From Azolla caroliniana (Eukaryota > Plantae > Polypodiophyta), in NCBI GenBank assembly GCA_043228905.1, contig JBHGNT010000017.1, positions 4,774,001 to 4,838,000 of the forward strand: DNA of 64,000 bases, read 5' to 3'. Position numbers and translations under genes: made by a program. The notes under the pieces are model-generated. The model worked only from the letters and a program-made list of their open reading frames with translations. It had not been told where the DNA came from and did no database searches. This document shows, piece by piece, positions 12,390-23,902 of this stretch; the first letter of the stretch is position 1; every line of letters starts with the position of its first letter.

Positions 12390-14030
12390 GATGGAGAGAC
12401 CCCAATTTTGTATGTCTCGACCCCTCTTGCCTTCTGCTTTAGCCTCTCCTAACGTACTCCTTATTATAACATTAGAGTTTGTAGTTTGTTCTCTTTCCTG
12501 TTGGATATTGGACTAAAATATCACATTGGACATTGCAAACATAGACATTTACAATCTATTCTATCTATCTAATTGAATCTTGATCTTAATTTAATGACAA
12601 TTTTGTATTTTTCCCGCCTTTGGTTGCCATGGACATTAATATCCTACCGAATTGACTATTGCATCTATTTCAATTTACTTTGGAAAAAGAAATCTCAATT
12701 TGGTACGACTTGACTAGCTTAACGACACATTTGTACGCTAAAGGGATTTGGGGCATGGTGAGGGATGGCACTTTTTGGAGTATCATATGATGGCTTGGAT
12801 ATTTCCTTGCTACATGTTGTGTGTCATTGTTTAATAACCTTGGGTAGAGATTATTAGGTGCCATGTGGAAAATGTAGACATCTTGTTAACAATGAATTTC
12901 CATTTAAATCTTCTGAGTAAGTTTTGAAGCAACATTTAGTGTTCCAAACGGCAAAGGAGCTAATAACTTTCCATTGGCATCTATTATCGAGATGAGATCA
13001 TAATACCGAAAAGTTGGAGTTAGTGCTTTCTTGTTTTCTGGGTTAGGTTGAAAAGGAATTCTTTAGGACCCGTTTGGATTGCATGGCCATATGTATTTGG
13101 TGTAGGGGCCAATTCATGATGCAATGCACCATGCAATGGATGCCTCACATTTCAAACAATTTCTAATAGGTTTCAGATATAGCACAAGGTTTAGATTTGG
13201 TCAAGTAGCTATTCCTCTTGTCTCATGTGAGCTAATGATACCTATCACAAATCACTTTGAGGAGAAACCATGGTTGATTAATTAGGTTTTGATATTATGT
13301 CACATTACCAACTATGCTAAGTAGTGGCAAAAAGTTCTTGATGCAAGTTGGTGTTCCCAATTAAATCATTTCAAGGGAAAGCATTTCTTGGAAGGTCATG
13401 CATACCGATCAATTGAAATGGTGATATATGAGTTGGTGCATTTTGCATCCAAGATGTTAGGAACATGTATCTACCATGTCCAACTTTGGGAATTTATTTC
13501 CCAACTTTGGAAAATTCAAGTTGATGAAAGATTGCCATCATGCTCTTGTAACATGGGTTGATTTCTTAGCTATAGGAGGCAATGGGATGTTTTGATTGAG
13601 TGAATCAACATGTTCGCTATTTACAAGGTTTATTTATCTTTATCCTCTAGCAAGTTATGAATGTGTTGATATTGCAACAGACTTGCAAGATCCATATGTA
13701 GTTGTATGACTATGAGTTTTTCTATGACAAATAACTATGCCTTCTTGAACCAAAATGAAAAAACATAATACAAAAAGTCAACAAAAAAACCACAACATGG
13801 TGTTTAGCGTGAGTTCTAAGTTATTCAACTACCTACAATGAATCCTTACGTTTGAACATACGCCATGGGGCACCTAAATTATTGATACACACATGTAAAT
13901 GAACGAGTACAACACCACTTCTCCAACACCAAATGCTCGACTATGACTTCAATACAAATCATGTTCCTTGAGGTGACACTCGATATTGACTACGAGTGTA
14001 AATAAAATTAAGGATGTACCCATGAATAAC

Positions 14031-14033
<3 letters not shown>

Positions 14034-14081
<48 letters not shown>

Positions 14082-14136
14082 CTAGATGGATATAACAATT
14101 TACAACTATAAGCTAATTATGAGAGAGAGAGAGAGA
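14034..14136. repeat. (GA)n microsatellites
   Basis: Pure GA runs at 14034-14078 and 14121-14136. Confidence 0.9.
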
Positions 14137-14684
14137 TCTGCACATTCATACATCAACAGTACAAATAATGTAATGCAGAAAATCATATAAAGGAGAATTT
14201 CTATCACTGCTCAAAGAGAAATGGGTAAACTGCCCAAAACTCAATCCAACTAAAAATGATTGTTGAATGAATATAAGCAAACATATCTTTATTGACGAGG
14301 GAAACATAACTGGCTACCTAATCAATGCAGAATTTAAAGGGCACCGATCTCTCTGATCAATGAGCTTCTTCCATAAAGTTCTCCCAAACATCTTTCTCAA
14401 TTCTATGTTGTCAGAAAACATAGGTAAAATAAAATACAACATAGAAATGCTGGTTGAAATTTCTTGGAATAATAAAATTGATACAAGCTGCAATCAGCAC
14501 CACATTCAGCAAATAACTTTGATATCAAGCAATTATAATATAAGGTTTGCTTGTATTTGAAAGCTTGGCAAAAAATCCTCGATCCGGTACAATTGGTTTG
14601 GCAAAAAATCCTAAATTAGTTTTCTTAAGTAGCGATCTCTTGTAAGCCAATCATTCCTCTTATATCATTTGAGATCCTACCACG

Positions 14685-17600
14685 TCACCTAAAAAGGAAC
14701 TCTGCATTCTGGTGTAATATGATTGTGCCATCTGATGTTTGCCTTCTCTCGTTGTGATCTTTTACAGGGAGATCCAGAAGCTTTCTAGGTTTTTGTGGAA
14801 TGCTGCATTTTGTATGAAATCAGAAGAACACATTCCAATATCAGTAAATCAAATACTAGCAAACAACTTCACTACCCACAACATCAGTCTTCTCAAGTAC
14901 ATTCTATAATAAATATCAGGTACATATGGGCCTTAATTTTCACCATTCTCAGTAAGTTCCTTACAAAAATACAAATAGTAAGGTACCTTATTGTAAAACG
15001 CATTTTCATCTTTCATTACATTATCCCACAATGATTTTTTACACATGAAACTTTTGGAATGACATACCAGGAATGAAATTCATTGGTTTTCTCTTTCGAC
15101 ATATTGGTTAATCCAACATTTTGACGTCTCTTCAAAGCTAACGATCCCACTGTTGTATTTGATGTCTATGTTTCAACCAACAATCAAAGTATTTGTTGTC
15201 AAGGAAACATAGATGTTGTCAGAAATGCTATATATATATATATATATATATATTACAAAGAAAGAAAGAAAAGCTCATATTTTCCCAAGTACCAACATTA
15301 TGAGTGTGCAAAATTGTTCTTAAAGCTAAGAATCCAAGCATTCTTTATGATTCGTTCACAAGTTTTATTTTGCAATTTCCTGGGCTATATCGTTACACCA
15401 GTGATGTAGCAGCATACTAATCTATGAAAGCTTGGGGAGAAAATTGGAGTAGGTGCCCGGTAGTCCATGCCGTAAAAGACGAGTGTTTGTCATGTCTATT
15501 GAAATAGAAAATCCTCCAAGTAAAGAGAAGCCCTTGAAACCCATGAATCAGGGATTCAATTTGCAGGTACCTCCCTTGGTTGCATAAATCCCCATCATTA
15601 AAGAAAAAAAAAATATATATATATACATATATATAATAGAAGCATCAGTATAGATACTAGACAGAGATCTAGGATCAAAGATGTATACATGTTGGCAGGT
15701 TACTCTTTCTGAAGTTCAAAATCCACGACTAAAAAAATAGCACCCATTTGATATCCTACGTAATAGAAGGCGCTTTTGACTTATAAAAAGATTAGATTTC
15801 TTGTTTTTTAAGACGCATAACATGGGATTACAGATTGAGAATGCATGAATATATCAGGAGCCCGACAATTTAGTTCCTAGGTACATCTCTTCATATCCAG
15901 CAGGATTGGCAAGATATCAACATTTAGAAATGACATATTTTTCTCTCATGAAGGTTATTGAAAATTTCAGCTTACTTAGGAGCGGAGATCTTTTATAGAA
16001 ATCTGAATAACGGTAAGAATTGCTATCCAGCCTTTCATCCATGCTATAAAGGTAAGATCTGGCCTCAACTAGACAAGCTACTACATGGTGTGAACTTCCT
16101 AAAGCTAAGTAATGAGCTCACCCCCTAAAGCTTATAGTGGAAGTAGAAAACTTGCAAAAGTTGTGGTTTGATGACTATTTATTGATGAGAATAATAGTCA
16201 AGATTATGGTGGAAAAGTCTATAAAGACTTCTTTTGAGAGGTGGGATCAACACAGCCATTTCTCCAAGTTTTCATTAAGAAGCCAATTACAACCGTATGG
16301 ATTTGAATCGTGCTGATGCTCACGGATTGAAAGTTACACTGGTGATTCAGAAGATAGATCCCGTAAAATACTCAGCACTCATTCCGGTCAACTAGGTACC
16401 TTTTTCATTGTGTTGAGCAGCATGCATTTTCACAGATTTTGCTTCCCCAATTGCAAGGCATGGTTGAGTGATTCTACAATACATAAAGCCACATACTCCC
16501 AGTTCTCATCACATCACATACTCCCAGTTCTCGTCACATTCATCCCAGAAAATTTTATCCTATGACAATATTTGCATAACTTGTGCAAATTCAGAAGTTG
16601 TTGGCATTCTAATTTAACATTTGCACAGGCTCAAGTACATCCCAAAGTGGATTGTACTGGTCATGATCTATTCATTTTGGGGCCCATACTCCTTGTAAGG
16701 ATTCCATGTACAAAAAAAACATGATTTTTTTCTTTCTGTCGACACAATGTTATGACCATTCCACAATATTATATAGAAAAAGAAAATGATTTTCTAGAAA
16801 AATATTTCTCCTTACTTTCACTCTGATTCAAAGCTTGCAATGATTTATTAATGTAGAAGTCACTTACTGGTTTGTGCTTCATCAGTGGAGGAGCTGATTT
16901 TATGGACTGGAGCTCATCTGATATAAATGATGTTCGACTGCTGTTTGACATTTTGGCTGAGACAAATGCTAGTTTTGCATCAAGTTTCTCAATTGAGGCA
17001 AGAATGGACGCTTCATGATTTGAAAAACCGATGTCTTGACTTCCTAGTTTCTTATTTCCCAAGCAGCTTGGAATTTGTTTTCGGCTGTGTTTACCAGAAA
17101 GAGTGTCTAGCCTTGCATAAGAACCTTGACAAGCAGGTGCTAGATTCAAACTTGACAGAATATTTGATGACTTGCTCCAACATGAGAGCAATGATTTAGG
17201 TCTAATTTTCTGCTTAGTTGACTTTGATTCCACACCATAATCAGGAATAATAGCCTGGGCATTCTGTTTAGTTTTAGATTGAGTAGATATATTATTGCTA
17301 TGTTGTTGCTTGTGTGGTTCTTGCAACATACTATGCAAAACTTTATGCTCTCTGTTTTCTTTGTCATGACTAACATCATGGCCATAAATACTAGTTTGAT
17401 CTGACCTCATAATTGCCCTGCTGCTAGTAGAGGTATTTATTCCATCAGTAGTGATATCACTTCCCCAGCCTATCCGTTTACCTTCCATGTTTTCATATTG
17501 TCCCTTCCATGTGCTCAGATTACTACTACGATCGTCAACATTCATATAGGTAGTTCCATAATTGACACCATCATTACCTTTTAGACCCTCTTCTTTTTGT

Positions 17601-20600
17601 AACATGAGAGCATTTATTTGATCGTTTCTATTGTGATTTGATTTGCACCATTGAAACTCCTCATGCTCGTCTTTCTGACCAGCCATTTCAGTTCCACGAT
17701 CAAAATCAGTACAACTTTCAAGACCTTTTAAGTCCTCTTCTCTTGCGAACATGAAAGTATTTATTTGATCGTTTTTATTCTTATTGGACTGGAACAATTG
17801 AAATTCTTCATGTGCATATGTCTGTTTGAATATTTTAGTTCCATGATCAGAATCAGTACAACTTTCAAGTTCGGTTCTGACCAAAATGTCCACTGATAAA
17901 TCATCAAGTAAGGGCTTTGAAAGACAATCATCAAGACGGGACTTCATGTCTGTGATTTCAGCAATAAGCATACTTGTGGCTTCTTCATTTTCTACACGCT
18001 CTTGTAATGCCACCTCCAAAAGGTCTGGTGTACCCTCTAGTTCATCTCGTCTTGTATCAATATGCCTGTATTTTAAGTATAAATAAGGCGCATCCCAAAT
18101 TATTATAAAATACAAGACAGCAAGCACAAGTATAGAAGAACATGATGGTGATCCATTCTCAAGGGAGGCCATTTTTAATAAATAAATTACATAAATCCCT
18201 CGGTCAACAACTTCCATAAACATAAATATGTGTTATTATCCATAACAGTAAGAAGTGTCAAGATGGTGACAAAAAGATAAAAAAAGGTACATATTTTTTG
18301 AAGCCCAGAAGCTCATTTATTAGACATAAAGAAGTCAAATTGTACATAGGAATGTTTCTGGCGATTGATTGAATTTTAAACTATTTCAGCTCAATCAATG
18401 CCATTGATTTAACTTAACATAATTACTCTTATTAAAATTCATTTCAAACGGTCAATAAAAAGATTATACAATATTAAATTTTACTTACCATGTCAGCATA
18501 TCACAAGGCTTGTTAGTGACAGGAGCACTTGATAGACAGCAAACATCATTACTCTTACTTACATATATTCTCTCTGATACGTCCATGGGATCACCACCTG
18601 TCAACCTCTTAAGCATCTTGTCCCCATCGTCCACACATTTATTGTTACCCTGTGACCTATTAAAATATCATTTCGCTAAATCATTAGTCTTATTAAAGTT
18701 CATTTCAGAAATACGTACAAAAATGATATATTGTTCACACAATCTCCAACTTGTGATGGCAGATACTGCAACTGTTGAGTGATTCAATAAGCTTTTCATA
18801 GTACAGAGAGAGAGAGAGAGAATGATTATTTTGTTTCATATTGCAAGGGCCTAGTCATATTGATGGAAGCTTAATGGAGAAGGAATTAGAAACAGACAGA
18901 CAGCATGGGCGGATGCATAACGATGGTGATGGGTTCAAGTCTTGCAACCTGTATCTACTCCTTTGTACAATTCTATATCAGAGGAAGATATGCTGTGAAA
19001 GGCAGAGAAATTCATTCCTATCAAGCCAATCATTTGTATATATATCAATTTAGGCTCAGTTTTGAGGATTTTGATGGCCTGACCACATCAACATGAGTAC
19101 TATCATCCGGAGAGTGAATATGTCAATAGTTCTTGCATTGCCAACAATTTCAAAATGACAAGTAGATATCTCTCTAATAGGATAATTCTCGTCATCCCTC
19201 TACAGGCCTACTCTTCTCTCTATTTTATGATCGACATTCAAGTCCATGTTTCTTATGTATAACCCATCTATATATGTTATAAATGTGCCAATAGGTTGAA
19301 GCTCATATTACAATTAGTTACTCCTTAGACTGCTTTAAAAATTATACATGATATAGATAATGCCTTCTAAGTCCGAGGCATAACTTTGGTGGAAGGCCAT
19401 TGGAGGACAAAATGATGGGGGCTAGAGGATGCAATGTACGTGGGTCTTTTGAAATGCTAGACTTTTGTCTGGAATAGCACTTTTCTTTTTCGAATGTGAG
19501 TGGCAAAACACATCATAATTATAGATCATAAACGGTGTTGGAAGCATTCTGGCATAATGACGAAAGCTTGAACTCGCATGGCAAACACCGACCACTAGGC
19601 TATCGCATTTGCATCAGCATTAACACTGCCAAAGCTATATATTCCCAACCCTTTGATACCATATGTTTGGCAATTTGTGAGCAATGAGATCCATCCTATT
19701 GAGTCCACCAACAAGGGCATGCTTTGGAGAATATCATTAGCATTCTCCAACAAACCTGCCCGTCCAAAGGCATCAGCCAAGCAAGTATAATGTTCTAAAA
19801 TAGGTGTTACCCCATATATATTGACCATTGAGTTAAAAACAGAATTAGCTTCATCAATTAGGCCAGCATGACTACACGCTGAAAGAATTGACACAAACAT
19901 CACAATGTCCGGCTTCAAACCTTTGAGTTGCATATCTTCGAAATAACAGAACGCAGATTTGCAATCATTGTGCAGGACATAACTATCGATGATCGCACTC
20001 CACATTAGTAGATTTTCCTTTGACGGAAAAGTTGCAAAAAGTCTTGAGGCATCTTTGAGACTTCCACATTTTGAGTAGATCTCAATAAGAGCACTCCCTA
20101 CGTATTCATCGAATTTAAACCCACATTCTAGAAAGTGAGAATGAACCATCATCCCCTCATTTAGGGCACTTAAGCCAGAGCATGCTTTTAAAACACTCAC
20201 AAGTATTGAAATATCCGGCTTAATTCCATTATCTTGCATCTGGCAAAAGATCCTCAAAGCATCTTCAAAAGCTCCTAAATTCACGCATCCATTAATCATT
20301 GCATTCCATGAAACAAGCCCACGATCCACCATTAAATCAAACACTCTGTATGCATCCATAAGATTACCACAATTTGAATACATGTCAATAAGGGTGTTTC
20401 CTAGAAAAAGATCTTGTTCAACAGAAGAATGCATCATATGGGCATGGACAAGCATCCCGAGGCCAATGGCAGATATACTCGAGCAAGCTTTAAAGACACT
20501 CACATATGTTATCTCATTCGGTTCAATCCCTCTATCTTGCATTTCATCGAAAAGATAAAATGCATCTATTGCACATCCATTTTGAGCATATCCACCGATC

Positions 20601-23600
20601 ATTGCACTCCATGCGACAACAGTTGGACTTGACAGTTTATTGAACATTGTTTGTGCATCGTGAAGACTTCCACACCTGACATACATACTAACAAGAGTAT
20701 TATAAACCAATGGATCATCTTTGGAACTGCTTTCCAAGATCATGGCGTGGACCATCCGACCCCATCCAAGAGCCTCAAAACTAGCAAGAGACTTTAGCAA
20801 GCTAACCCAAGTAGTATTATCAGGATATGATTTCATTTGCACAAAAAGCCGCAATGCATGCTCGTGTTCGCTGCGTTCAGCATAGGCAAATATCATTGCA
20901 TTCCACATCACGACATCTCGACCTGGGGACCTATTGAAGGCAAAACAAGCATCGTTCAAGCAACCACACTTGGCATACATATCAACGAGAGCACTTCCGA
21001 TGAATGCATCATTCTCAAAGCTATATTGCATAGCTTGGGCATGTACAAGCATACCTTGTCTGAGGTTGAGTGAAGCAGAACATGCTTTAAGGACAGAAGC
21101 AACAACAAATACATCAATATTTAGACCACAATCTTGATTCAAGCGATGGTATAGATGAATGGCTTGCTCAGGTTTTCCAAATTTGGCATGAGCTGCTATA
21201 ATAGAACTCCATGAGAAGATACTTTGTTCTGGCAAGTGGAAGAAGACATAGTCAGATTCAAGCAAAGACCCACACTCTGCATACATTCGGATAATGTGGG
21301 TGCCCATGAAGGCACCCAATAGGCCACATTTGAAGATGAGGGAATGGATTTCTCTGCCTTTGGCTACATCCCTTCTTCTGATGCAAAGTTGGAGAAGGGA
21401 GTATAGATGGGCTGCAAGACTTGAACCCTTCATCATCGTCATGCATCCATTCATCTTCTCTATCTGTCTCTCTGTCCATCAATATAACTAAGCCCTTGCA
21501 CTATGAAGCCAAATCATCTCTCTCTCTGGTATGAAAAGTTTAATGAATTTCTCGACACTCATCTGAATCTGTCATCACACGTTGTTTCTATCGTCCACAT
21601 ATGTATGTTACCCTGTGACCTATTAAAATATCCTTTATCTACATAACTAGTCTTATTAAAGTTCATTTCAGAAAATTTATACAAAAATTACATAATGCTG
21701 GATTTCACTTACCATGTCTGCAAACCACAAGGCTTCTTAGTGATTGGAACACTTGATAGAAAGCAAACATCATTACCCTTACTTATGGATCTTTTCTCTG
21801 ATATATCCCCGGGATCACCACCCCTCATTGTTTTGGGCTTATTCCCATCGTCCATAAATTTCTTGTTACCCTGTAACCCATTAAAATATCTCTTATCTGC
21901 ATTTTGCGGAGATGAGTATATGTAAGATGATAATCGGGCCCGTTCTCTTCTTCTGTGGTTAAGAACCTCTTCAGCTTTCCTTTTCTCTTCTTGTTCTCTT
22001 TCAAGGCGAGCTTCCTGCCATTTCCTGCACGATTGTAAACAATATATTTAAAGCATTTTACGAATAAGCACATATAGAGTATTAAAATGTGTGTATATAT
22101 GCCCTATAGTAAGCACTCAAGAGTGCTTCAGATTATGATACAAGCAGAAGAACAGTTAACAAATATCAAAGGATCTATCTTCATCATAACAAGCTCACAA
22201 CTCTCCAACTGAACATAGATAATTTAGGCATTAAAAACCTGAAGCCTATCCAAAAGTTGTCACTATCAAAATAGGAGCATGCCTAAAATCTAATCTGATT
22301 ATTGTTTCTAGAAAACTGTTTGTAACTTTCATTTTAGTCGCTGATTATTGTTCATTCCTATTCTGCATATTATTGAATGGTTGTCTGCGAATGTGACAGG
22401 ATTTTGTGAGGAACCATCAAGATTACCTCCCAGCTTTCATGAAACATGTCTCTCTTGAACAAGTAAGTTTGCTCGGTATGTAGAATCTACGATGTAATCA
22501 TATGACCTTGGTCTTGCCAAAGACGCTACAATACAAGTTGATGTCTTTTAAGTCTTTGGCCTTGCCAGGACAATACAAGTAGATGTGTACTTTCCGTGAC
22601 TTGTAGACACTCACACACTATTATGGGACATGCATTTTGAACTATTAAACTTTTGCTTCAGAAACACTGTAGGAAAGCAGAGCTCTCTTTTTTTAAAATT
22701 CTAGCTTCTATGCTAAATATAGGCTACCTGTGCCTTATTGCTGTAGTCTTTGCATTTTTTACCCTCCTTAATTCCACACTAGTGTGCATAGATCCTTCAA
22801 AAAGATGTTCATAACCCATTCTTTATGATAATACTGCTGACATAATTAGCAAACTTTTGGCAGAAACAATCCAACTTGAATTTTATTGAAACTCTTTACT
22901 CGTTGTAGCTGAACAGCACTTCAAAGAAAGGCTCAAATCAACAAGTCATCTTTTAATTTGTGAAATAACAAAAACAATGTTAGCATTTAGAAATTTTGAG
23001 AATAGATCCTCAGTGGATGTGTTGGACATACCATACAATTTCCTTGACATATTTACTCAACACCCGTATCACATTGACAGCCATTTAATGCAAATATAGA
23101 GTGCCAGGAAATTGGGATGATGATCCGCATGTGACAGTGCCTTTACAACATGAACATAGATTGTTGTTCACACTTGCACATCTTGTCAACATCATTGTCA
23201 TAGTACAACAGCTATCAACCAGTGGATCCAGTGGTCGAGTGTTACTCACTGCATGCGATTAAGCATCATGCACACTCCCTTGTCAAAGACCAAATTTATA
23301 TTTACTTTGTGAGGGAACACTCTGGTTGGATATTCAAGTATCACTACCTAAGTGAAAATTTGCATTGCAATCGGAGCAAATAGAATTGAACTTGCATATT
23401 CAAGTTCATTGACGACCTTTGGTTTTGTTATTGATGATCATAGCCCAGTTCATGGAAGTTTTCTCCTTTTTATAAGACAAAGGTGATGATCCCTTTACTG
23501 TTGGAAGGTACAATATTTTCTTTGCTTTTATGATCTACCTCATTACCATAGATCGTAAGAGATGTGTCTAAGGAAGCTGACAATGTTATATATGTTTACC

Positions 23601-23843
23601 ATCGGAATCATCGAGAACAAAGACAATGTTTGAGAAAGATGCCCCAATTCCTACATTTTTTAAGCATGCATTGGAAATGAAACAAAAAAGAACTAGATCA
23701 TGTCATATAATATGGAGACACAAAATCCAAGATCAATCCCTGATGCACGCAAGAGAATAACCCTTGCCATTTCCTAAAGGGCATATCATTTGGTGTTGAT
23801 GACAAAAACTCAATGTTGGTAACATCAAGGCCAATCCCAAGAA

Positions 23844-23902
<59 letters not shown>

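Noticed and set aside
18066-18223. Apparent N-terminal TM helix of the 484-aa ORF (ILVLAVLYFIIIW)
   Set aside because: More likely a T-rich intron 3' end. The acceptor TACAG| at 18066 joins the upstream exon in the correct phase (TG|G = Trp).
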